Source: an uncultured bacterium
GTDB taxonomy: Bacteria; Margulisbacteria; WOR-1; CAVSGV01
Reading direction: 5' to 3'
Length of the DNA: 32,000 nt
NCBI GenBank assembly: GCA_963699255.1
Contig: OY969425.1
Span: forward strand, 1,560,001 to 1,592,000
The notes beneath the pieces are model-generated. The model made no database searches. It was not told the origin of the DNA and saw nothing but the letters and a program-made list of their open reading frames with translations. Below, piece after piece: positions 25,233-32,000 of this stretch (positions within the stretch are counted from its first letter, which is position 1; every line of letters starts with the position of its first letter). Position numbers and translations under genes: made by a program.

Positions 25233-26729
25233 ATGAAAGCTATTATCTATTGCAGGGTATCAACAAAAGAACAAGCCGAACAAGGTTATAGTCTTGAAGG
25301 ACAGGAAAAAGAATGTAAACGGTTTGCTCAAGATAAGGGCTATGAAATTGATAGGGTGTTCATTGAGCGAGGAGAAAGCGCAAAGACACAGAATAGAACT
25401 GAACTTCAGAAACTTGTTAAGTATTGCATAGAGAAAAGGAAACAACTATCTGCCCTCGTTATTTGGAAGTATGACCGCCTTACAAGAAATCTTTCCGACC
25501 AAATGGAACTTGTAAAGACTTTTAGCTCTTTTGATATTAGAGTATTATCGGCAACAGAAAATAATGAAGATAGCTCTATTGGTAAGTTAATGAGAAACAT
25601 TATCGGCTCTTTCTCTCAATTCGAGAATGATATAAGGGCTGAGAGAACCATCAATGGCATGAAACAAGCTCTACTACAAGGGAGATGGTGCTGGCATGCT
25701 CCTCTCGGTTATAAACTAGCAAAAGACGATAAAAATAAAACAATATTAGTCCCTTCAGAAAATAACAAGCAAGTTGCAAAAGCCTTTCAGATGGCTGAAC
25801 TCGGCACATATAAACAATCGGAAATAGTGGAATATCTCAAGAAAAATAACCTCACAATAACCAAAAGCACACTTAATAGAATACTTAGGAATCCTCTTTA
25901 TGCAGGATTGATAAAAGTATCATGGCATAGCGATTATATCGAGGCAATACATAAGCCCACTATTTCAAAGGAAGCCTTTTTTAAGGTTCAGCTTATTCTG
26001 AGTGGAAAACGACCAAGTATCGCCCCAAAATTAAGGAATCATCCTGACTTTCCTTTAAGGAATTTTGTTAAATGTTCAGCCTGTGGGAAGAAACTCACAG
26101 GAAGTTGGTCTACAGGAAGAAAAAAGGTCAAATATGCTTATTATCATTGTAGAACTAAGGGATGTTCGCTTAATGTAAAGAAAGAAGCTCTAGACGCTAA
26201 ATTCTATGAGCTATTAAGGTCTATACAGCCAAATGCGGATGTTTTAGCTTTATTTGAAGCTATTATATTGGATGTATGGAAAAACAAGCAGGCAGAGCAA
26301 ATTAAAGAGGAATACAGGCTTGAAATGGAGTTGAATGCTCTTTCAAAAAAGAAAGATAGAATTGACGAGCTTATGATTAAAGGCACTTTTGATGACGCAA
26401 CTTATAAAAAGAAAATTGAAGAAATGAATAGTGAAATAATTATTAAAAGAACAGAATTGAATGAGGCGAAAATTGAACTGAATGACGCAGAGGCTTGTTT
26501 AAACTACTGTAAATCCTTTCTTTCAAATCTATCAAATCTTTGGGTTAATGCTCCACTTGACCTAAAACAACGGTTCCAAAGCCTTGTCTTTCCAGAGGGA
26601 ATAGCTTTTGACGGAGAAAAGTTTGGAACCGCTAATATTTCGCTTATCTTCAAGGAATTAAGCTCGGAAAATATTGCCAAATCTTCTTTGGTAGCCCTAA
26701 CGGGAGTCGAACCCGTGTTTACGCCTTGA
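25233..26729 (+). CDS. large serine recombinase (integrase)
   Basis: 498 aa. Resolvase catalytic domain AIIYCRVSTKEQ...YDRLTRN..., a recombinase domain, a zinc ribbon CSACGKKLTG...YYHCRTKGC, and a coiled coil. The last ~12 codons (VALTGVEPVFTP) are the antisense reading of tRNA-Glu. Confidence 0.9.
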   Translation: MKAIIYCRVSTKEQAEQGYSLEGQEKECKRFAQDKGYEIDRVFIERGESAKTQNRTELQKLVKYCIEKRKQLSALVIWKYDRLTRNLSDQMELVKTFSSFDIRVLSATENNEDSSIGKLMRNIIGSFSQFENDIRAERTINGMKQALLQGRWCWHAPLGYKLAKDDKNKTILVPSENNKQVAKAFQMAELGTYKQSEIVEYLKKNNLTITKSTLNRILRNPLYAGLIKVSWHSDYIEAIHKPTISKEAFFKVQLILSGKRPSIAPKLRNHPDFPLRNFVKCSACGKKLTGSWSTGRKKVKYAYYHCRTKGCSLNVKKEALDAKFYELLRSIQPNADVLALFEAIILDVWKNKQAEQIKEEYRLEMELNALSKKKDRIDELMIKGTFDDATYKKKIEEMNSEIIIKRTELNEAKIELNDAEACLNYCKSFLSNLSNLWVNAPLDLKQRFQSLVFPEGIAFDGEKFGTANISLIFKELSSENIAKSSLVALTGVEPVFTP

Positions 26730-26763
26730 GAGGGCGCTGTCCTAACCACTAGACGATAGGGCC
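26689..26763 (-). tRNA. tRNA-Glu (anticodon CTC), CCA encoded
   Basis: The reverse complement folds as acceptor GGCCCTA/TAGGGCT, D arm GTCT/GGAC, anticodon stem GCGCC/GGCGT with loop CTCTCAA, T arm ACGGG-TTCGACT-CCCGT, then A-CCA. Confidence 0.9.
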
Positions 26764-26937
26764 ATAGCAGAGCATTAGTATATCAAAATATCGGATTTGG
26801 GGCAAAAATGAATATGAAATCGAACGGGAAAAGTTAAGCCGCATTTGACTTCCGCGAAATGAAAGTTATAATATCCGCAATAATATGTAAACCCTGAAGT
26901 ATGCGCAAGCTTAACTTCAGAGTAAAGGGGGATAAAT

Positions 26938-27486
26938 ATGAAAAAAGTTTTGATCGTTCTTGTTGTGCTTATTGTTGTCATAGCGGCTGCTGTTCTTTAT
27001 TACCTTTCTTATATCGGTGCGTTCACAAATGTGGTGGTCACGGAAAAAGAAATGGGACCGCTCTATTTCGTGTATGTGCCTCACACTGGCGACTATGCGA
27101 AAGTGGGGCCGGTCATGAACGGTGTCATTAACAGGCTCGCGAGCGAATTTGATATCAAGGCGGGAAGAGGAATGGGGATATACTACAGCAACCCGAAGAC
27201 CACTAAGACGGCAGACCTGAAGAGCGATATCGGCTGCCTGCTTGAGAAATCCGACGAGTCGAAGGCCGACGCGATAATGAAGAAAATGAAGATGAAGATA
27301 ATGTTCCAGAAAAAGTATTATACGGCCGAATTCCCCATGAAGAACAACATGTCGATCATCATGGGAGTCATGAAAACCTATCCGAAGCTCAGCGAATACA
27401 TGAAGGTGAGGGGATATAAGCCTACGCCGTCGATCGAAATATACGAGAAGGATAAGATAATATACGCCTTCGAGATAAAGCAATAG
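26938..27486 (+). CDS. membrane-anchored GyrI-like (SOUL/effector-binding fold) protein
   Basis: 182 aa. N-terminal TM helix VLIVLVVLIVVIAAAVLYYL. The remainder follows the GyrI-like pattern (G.Y..V...M..V...L......A.R.MGIYY.NP......L.SD.G.....IEIY). Recognition only. Confidence 0.55.
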   Translation: MKKVLIVLVVLIVVIAAAVLYYLSYIGAFTNVVVTEKEMGPLYFVYVPHTGDYAKVGPVMNGVINRLASEFDIKAGRGMGIYYSNPKTTKTADLKSDIGCLLEKSDESKADAIMKKMKMKIMFQKKYYTAEFPMKNNMSIIMGVMKTYPKLSEYMKVRGYKPTPSIEIYEKDKIIYAFEIKQ

Positions 27487-27530
27487 TATCAGTTCAGGGC
27501 ATCTGATCCGGACCGGTCCGATAAAAGAAA

Positions 27531-27564
27531 AGACCAGCCGCTTAAAAAATAAGAGGACTGGTCT
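27531..27564. terminator. hairpin between convergent genes (possible bidirectional terminator)
   Basis: AGACCAG (27531-27537) / CTGGTCT (27558-27564), flanked by A-rich and T-rich runs. The large 20-nt loop lowers confidence. Confidence 0.35.
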
Positions 27565-27583
27565 TTCTAATGCCTAGAGACGA

Positions 27584-27784
27584 TTACTTCTTTGGAGCCG
27601 CAGGTACAACTGGTGCAACTACGCACTTCTGGCACTTCTGAGCAACCTTCTTAATCTTCTTCACCTTTTTTACGACGATCTTCTTTTTCGGCTGAACCGT
27701 GCCGGCCTTTACATCTGGTGTTGCGGCCATGGCCAGGGCGCTGAAGCAGAATACCGCTAAAAGCAATGCTGCTAATTTCTTCAT
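27584..27784 (-). CDS. secreted lysine-rich mini-protein (hypothetical)
   Basis: 66 aa. Strong RBS AAGGAGGTG. Signal peptide MKKLAALLLAVFCFSALAMA, then a ~46-aa mature part PKKKIVVKKVKKIKKVAQKCQKCVVAPVVPAAPKK. Confidence 0.6.
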   Translation of the reverse strand: MKKLAALLLAVFCFSALAMAATPDVKAGTVQPKKKIVVKKVKKIKKVAQKCQKCVVAPVVPAAPKK

Positions 27785-27856
27785 GTAATTCTCACCTCCT
27801 TGTTTATATCAATTGATTTTTGTGCGGCCATCATAACAGAACACTCTTAAACAGAG

Positions 27857-27906
27857 ATTAGAAAATTATTAGAGTTTCATTAGAATCACCTTACGTGTGT
27901 TATAAT
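27857..27906 (+). promoter_or_regulatory. three ATTAGA direct repeats at 11-bp phasing plus an extended -10 upstream of the two-component operon
   Basis: ATTAGA at 27857, 27868 and 27879. TGtTATAAT with the TATAAT at 27901-27906. The GTG start at 27914 is 7 nt after the -10. Confidence 0.55.
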
Positions 27907-27913
27907 TCACACA

Positions 27914-28582
27914 GTGAAGATACTCATTATCGAGGATGAGAAGAAGATCGTCAGCTTCGTAAAGAACGGCCTGAAGAGCGAAGGATTTACGGTGGACAGC
28001 GCCAATGATGCTGAAGAGGGCTTATTCTTGGCCGGCGAATCGCACTACGATCTGATCGTGCTGGATATCATGCTGCCCGGCATGGACGGGATATCGCTCT
28101 GCAGAAAACTGCGGTCAATGGGAAAAACAATGCCTATAATCATGCTTACCGCCAAAGACGCCGTTGAAGACCGGGTTAAAGGGCTGGACGCGGGAGCCGA
28201 CGATTATCTCACAAAGCCGTTCTCCTTTGTTGAACTTCTCGCAAGGATACGCGCCCTGACGCGGAGGCACCTTACGACAAAGTCAAAAGTGCTTAAGATA
28301 GGGGATCTTGCCGTTGATGCCGAAGCTCATACGGTCACGCGCGGGAAAAAGGCGATAGAACTTTCACCGACCGAATTCAGGCTTTTGAGCTACCTTATGG
28401 AGAACCAGAACAGGGCCCTGTCTAAGTCTCTGATCCTGGAGAACATATGGGGATATGATTTCAGTCCCGAAAGCAATATCGTGGACGTATACATAAAATA
28501 TCTGCGGGATAAGATAGACAAAGGAGCCAGAAAAAGCCTGATACAGACCGTCTACGGAGTTGGATACAAGATATGCGACTGA
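27914..28582 (+). CDS. OmpR/PhoB-family response regulator
   Basis: 222 aa. MKILIIEDE, DLIVLDIMLPGMDG, MLTAKD, YLTKPF, and the winged-helix tail LTPTEFRLL..L......LS...I....WG...........VDVYI..LR.K....LI.TV.G.GY. Confidence 0.92.
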   Translation: MKILIIEDEKKIVSFVKNGLKSEGFTVDSANDAEEGLFLAGESHYDLIVLDIMLPGMDGISLCRKLRSMGKTMPIIMLTAKDAVEDRVKGLDAGADDYLTKPFSFVELLARIRALTRRHLTTKSKVLKIGDLAVDAEAHTVTRGKKAIELSPTEFRLLSYLMENQNRALSKSLILENIWGYDFSPESNIVDVYIKYLRDKIDKGARKSLIQTVYGVGYKICD

Positions 28583-29781
28583 GAACTCCATGGCTGATGA
28601 TCTTCATCGCGGGGATCCTGATCTTTTCTTCCGTTACACTTTATTCTTTCGTCGAGCAAAAGCTGGAGCAATGGCTGGAGCTGCGTCTCTTGAACTGGGC
28701 GGATAACCTGCTCATAGATATCCAGCAAGCCCAGGACCGCTTTAAGGCGAACCCGTCAAATTTTATTTTTTCATCGACCGGCAATGAATTCACGTCCAGC
28801 GGGATACTTGTGCAGTTCATGGACAACGGCGGTAAGATACTGGCAAAATCGCCGAACTTAAAACGGAACTCCCTTCCTTTTGCCGCAAATGAAGATGATG
28901 TCCTGAAGGACGTTGAAATGTCGGACGGCACGAGCCTTAAAACATACCAGAGGACCATAGAATTCGACGATCGAAAGCTGGGATATCTGGTGGTCGGCAT
29001 TCCGACATCCCAGTTCCACGACGCGGTCAATAACCTGCGCGTGATCCTTGCGATAGTGATGACCTGCACGATAATAATAATGGGTTTCGGCATTAACGGG
29101 ATAATGTCTTTCGAATCGATAAGGAACCAGAGAAAATTCCTGAGCTTTGCATCCCATGAACTGCGGACCCCCATATCCGTCATATCGGGGCACGCCGAGG
29201 TTTCACTTAGAGGAAGATCAATGCCCCCTGAATGCAGGGAGGCGCTGACGACCATAAAAGAAGAAGCCGACGGGCTGAACAGGCTTGTTTCGGACCTCCT
29301 GCTGATATTCAGGACGCAATCCGGGGTCCAGAAGATAAAGAAACAGCATTTCAATCTTTCGGAACTCCTGGCCGATTGCACGTCGGACGTAAAGAAGAGG
29401 TATCCCAGGAAGAACATAACATTGAACCTTCCTCAGGACTCCCAGATAAAAGCCGACGAAGCTCAGATGAAAAAGCTGATCAATAACCTTCTGGAGAACG
29501 CCGCAAAATTCACCGCGGAGAACGGGGAGGTCAGGATCGACCTTGAATCGCAGCCGTCCGGTTTTGTCTTGAAAGTAAAGGATAACGGCATAGGGATAAA
29601 AAAAGAGCTTCAGAAGAATATTTTCAACGCTTTTTATCAGGTGGAGCAGGGAAAGAGCGGAGGCGTCGGGCTGGGGCTTGCCATTGCGAAGTGGGTGGTT
29701 GACGCGCACAAGGGCAGGATCCAGATAATGAGCGAAGAGGGGAAGGGGACCCAGTTCACGGTCAGCATTCCAAAGGCATAG
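28573..29781 (+). CDS. sensor histidine kinase (two TM segments, periplasmic loop)
   Basis: 402 aa. H-box FASHELRTPIS, N-box LLENAAKF, and DNGIGI / GGVGLGLAI G-boxes. It overlaps the response-regulator stop. Confidence 0.9.
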   Translation: MRLRTPWLMIFIAGILIFSSVTLYSFVEQKLEQWLELRLLNWADNLLIDIQQAQDRFKANPSNFIFSSTGNEFTSSGILVQFMDNGGKILAKSPNLKRNSLPFAANEDDVLKDVEMSDGTSLKTYQRTIEFDDRKLGYLVVGIPTSQFHDAVNNLRVILAIVMTCTIIIMGFGINGIMSFESIRNQRKFLSFASHELRTPISVISGHAEVSLRGRSMPPECREALTTIKEEADGLNRLVSDLLLIFRTQSGVQKIKKQHFNLSELLADCTSDVKKRYPRKNITLNLPQDSQIKADEAQMKKLINNLLENAAKFTAENGEVRIDLESQPSGFVLKVKDNGIGIKKELQKNIFNAFYQVEQGKSGGVGLGLAIAKWVVDAHKGRIQIMSEEGKGTQFTVSIPKA

Positions 29782-29819
29782 AAAACTCAAATAATTCATG
29801 TTAAGATTGTCGGAAATAT

Positions 29820-30896
29820 ATGGGATTATTCGTTGCGGAATTCTTTTTAGCTTTGGTGTTGACCCTCATTCTTACGCCGGTCGCCAGGGTATTGGCGTTC
29901 AAACTTGGAGCCGTTGACAGGCCGTCTAAAAGGAAGATCCACAAGAACATAATACCGAGGTTTGGCGGCCTTTCCATTTTTGTCAGCTTCGTCATCGCCG
30001 TAATATTCGCCCTCGTTTTTTTAAGAACCTTCGGCATCAAATTAAGGCCGAACGAAACGCTCCCGCTTATAGGTATACTTTACGGCGGAGCCCTCATTAC
30101 CTTCCTTGGTCTTATTGATGATCTGAGCGGGATCCCCGCTCTGTGGAAACTGGCTGGACAGGTGATCGCCTCCGGCATTGCCGTTTATTTCGGAGCCCAG
30201 ATACTTTTTGTTTCCACGCCTTTTACAAGGGTCATGATGCTGGGCGTGTGGGCAGTACCTGTTACCATCGTATGGATGACCGCCATGACGAACGCGATAA
30301 ACCTTATTGACGGTCTGGATGGGCTTGCTTCCGGCATAACATTGATAGCGGGCGCAACGCTGTTCGCGGTGTCGATAAAAATGGGCCAGTATGATTCGGC
30401 CATCCTTCTTGCCGCTTTGGCCGGCACGGCGGCCGGGTTCTTGAGATATAATTTCTTCCCCGCCTCGATATTTTTGGGAGATTCCGGAAGCCTGTTCTTC
30501 GGCTTCATGCTCGCGTGCGCTTCCATCGTCGGTGTGCTGAAAAGCACCCTTGTCATCGCCCTTGTGATCCCGATAGTGGTGCTCGGCATTCCCATATACG
30601 ACACGGCTACGGCGGTAATAAGAAGGGCGATAACTGGACGCCCTATCTTTGAAGCTGACAAAAAACATCTTCATCACAGGCTCATGAAAGCGGGATTTAA
30701 CCAGAGACAGGTCGTGATCATGATCTATATAGCGTGCCTGATATTGAGCGTGGCCGCGCTCGCGGCCGCGGTCTTTGATAATTATCCCACGCTCATATTC
30801 CTGACGATATTCGTTGTGCTGGGGATCCTGGCCCTTGATTTTGCGAAAGAGATCCTCAGGAACATGGCGTTCTTTAACGGAGGCAGCAAAAAGTGA
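29820..30896 (+). CDS. polyprenyl-phosphate N-acetylhexosamine-1-phosphate transferase (GT4 MraY/WecA family)
   Basis: 358 aa, multi-TM. DRPSKRKIHK..IPR.GG, NAINLIDGLDGLA, FLGDSGS and HLHHRL motifs. Confidence 0.88.
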   Translation: MGLFVAEFFLALVLTLILTPVARVLAFKLGAVDRPSKRKIHKNIIPRFGGLSIFVSFVIAVIFALVFLRTFGIKLRPNETLPLIGILYGGALITFLGLIDDLSGIPALWKLAGQVIASGIAVYFGAQILFVSTPFTRVMMLGVWAVPVTIVWMTAMTNAINLIDGLDGLASGITLIAGATLFAVSIKMGQYDSAILLAALAGTAAGFLRYNFFPASIFLGDSGSLFFGFMLACASIVGVLKSTLVIALVIPIVVLGIPIYDTATAVIRRAITGRPIFEADKKHLHHRLMKAGFNQRQVVIMIYIACLILSVAALAAAVFDNYPTLIFLTIFVVLGILALDFAKEILRNMAFFNGGSKK

Positions 30897-32000
30897 TGCA
30901 CAAGAAAAGGATATTATTCGTGTTCGGCACGCGGCCTGAAGCGATAAAAATGGCCCCCGTGATCTCCGAAGCAAAAAAACATCCGGACCTTTTTAATCCA
31001 GTTGTTGTCGTGACGGGGCAGCACAGGGAAATGCTTGACCAGGTATTAAAAGTATTCCATGTAAAGCCTGATTATGACCTGATGATAATGGAACACGAGC
31101 AGACGATATCTTCGGTCGTTTGCAAGTGCCTCCAGGGGCTTGAAGATGTCGTGATAAGGGAGCGCCCTGACATCATCCTTGTCCAGGGGGACACGTCCAC
31201 CACGTTCGCGTCGTCGCTTGCGGCTTTTTACCAGCACGTGCCGCTGGGACATGTTGAAGCTGGGTTAAGGACGGGAAAGAAGTATTACCCCTTTCCGGAA
31301 GAAATGAACAGGCGGCTTACGAGCGTCGTCGCCGATATACACTTTGCCCCCACACAGACGGCGGTGGGGAATTTGCTGTCGGAGGGTATCAACAAATCGG
31401 CGATCTATCTGACCGGCAACACGGTCATTGACGCGCTCCAGCAGGTCGCGAAGAAAGAATTCAACCTGAAACACGCCGGTGTAAGCGTCAGGGAAAAAGG
31501 CAAGAAACTCATCCTGGTCACGGTGCACAGGCGCGAGAGTTTCGGAGCTCCTCTTAGGAACATCTGCGAAGCGATCCGGAAGATAGCGATAAAGCACAGG
31601 GAGATAGCCACGGTGATACTGCCGGTGCACAAAAACCCGATGGTTTCGGGCACCGTACATGACATATTGGGTAACGCCGCCAATGTGCAGCTGATAGATC
31701 CGCTTGATTACGAGCCTTTCGTTCATCTGATGAAGATATCACACCTTATTTTGACCGATTCGGGCGGGATACAGGAAGAAGCCCCCTCCCTTGGGAAGCC
31801 CGTTCTTGTGCTGCGCGAGGAGACGGAACGTCCCGAAGCCGTCATGGCCAATACGGTTAAAGTGGTAGGGACGAACACGGATAACATAGTGAGCGAAGTC
31901 GAGAAGCTGTTGTCCGGCGGCGATGAATATCAGAAAATGTCAAAAGCTGTGAACCCTTACGGGGACGGCAATGCTTCCAAGCGAATTATTTCCGCGCTGC
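30896..32000 (+). CDS. wecB: UDP-N-acetylglucosamine 2-epimerase (3' end outside the window)
   Basis: Absent from the ORF track because there is no stop in the window. ATG at 30896 (TGATG overlap). Translation MHKKRILFVFGTRPEAIKMAPVI...VTGQHREMLDQVL...VQGDTSTTFA...HVEAGLRT...PFPEE.NR...D..FAPT... Confidence 0.9.
   Translation, partial: MHKKRILFVFGTRPEAIKMAPVISEAKKHPDLFNPVVVVTGQHREMLDQVLKVFHVKPDYDLMIMEHEQTISSVVCKCLQGLEDVVIRERPDIILVQGDTSTTFASSLAAFYQHVPLGHVEAGLRTGKKYYPFPEEMNRRLTSVVADIHFAPTQTAVGNLLSEGINKSAIYLTGNTVIDALQQVAKKEFNLKHAGVSVREKGKKLILVTVHRRESFGAPLRNICEAIRKIAIKHREIATVILPVHKNPMVSGTVHDILGNAANVQLIDPLDYEPFVHLMKISHLILTDSGGIQEEAPSLGKPVLVLREETERPEAVMANTVKVVGTNTDNIVSEVEKLLSGGDEYQKMSKAVNPYGDGNASKRIISAL

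Larger units (their letters stand above)
20614..26700. mobile_element. ~6.1-kb integrative element inserted in the 3' end of tRNA-Glu (serine-recombinase type)
   Basis: The sequence turns AT-rich between about 20600 and 26690. TAGCCCTAA occurs at 20614-20622 and 26692-26700; the right copy is the tRNA acceptor 3' strand plus discriminator. A large serine recombinase gene abuts the tRNA. The cargo shows no housekeeping motifs. Confidence 0.75.

Noticed and set aside
26901-27483. ORFs 26901-27131 (+) and 26917-27483 (-) overlapping the GyrI-like gene
   Set aside because: These are alternative-frame or antisense ORFs with Cys/His/Arg-rich low-complexity translations. The 26938 frame has an RBS-like GGGGGA, a TM anchor and a coherent domain.
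27853-27863. CAGAGATTAGA upstream of the two-component operon also occurs inside the 18-mer repeats at 10196 and 13628, suggesting those are response-regulator sites
   Set aside because: An 11-mer of low complexity is involved, and the other loci lack the 11-bp phased triple repeat. This is most likely coincidence.
28641-29799. 258-aa and 193-aa ORFs antisense to the histidine kinase
   Set aside because: These are shadow ORFs; the + strand has the H, N and G boxes.
30042-30974. 310-aa ORF antisense to the wecA-like gene
   Set aside because: It is a shadow ORF; the + strand carries the conserved GT4 transferase and wecB motifs.

Overview
This looks like a bacterial chromosome segment of roughly 50% GC by eye. 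I cannot assign a lineage from sequence alone. Most of it is tightly packed housekeeping genes, many with overlapping stop and start codons: miaB (partial), prs, hom, pdaD, tilS, folP, folK, tsaE, tsaB, trpC, carA, carB (N-terminal half only), nadE, an OmpR-type two-component system, a wecA-like gene and wecB (partial). There are two tRNA genes: tRNA-Met(CAT) on the + strand and tRNA-Glu(CUC) on the - strand. The main accessory feature is a visibly AT-richer ~6.1-kb integrative element at about 20614-26700, inserted in the 3' end of tRNA-Glu. It encodes a large serine recombinase, an XRE regulator, a MerR-like protein, a secreted TPR protein and small orphan ORFs. The recombinase ORF reads across the junction into the tRNA. 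When the ends are joined in silico, the ORF instead continues into the left end of the element and stops 10 nt before a terminator hairpin. Other points worth a second look: (1) a decayed duplicate of the tRNA-Met 3' half carrying a structured insert; (2) FolK fused to a histone-H1-like lysine-rich tail; (3) FolP with a ~130-aa N-terminal extension; (4) trpC split by an apparent 1-nt frameshift; (5) a split carB; (6) several promoters that imply leaderless mRNAs; (7) purine-rich low-complexity intergenic spacers sharing an identical 18-mer; (8) a secreted cationic mini-protein divergent from the two-component system, with three ATTAGA direct repeats at 11-bp phasing; (9) coding tandem repeats in three genes. 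I saw no CRISPR array, rRNA or recognisable defence system. Every functional call rests on motif-level recognition of the translations, not on database searches.
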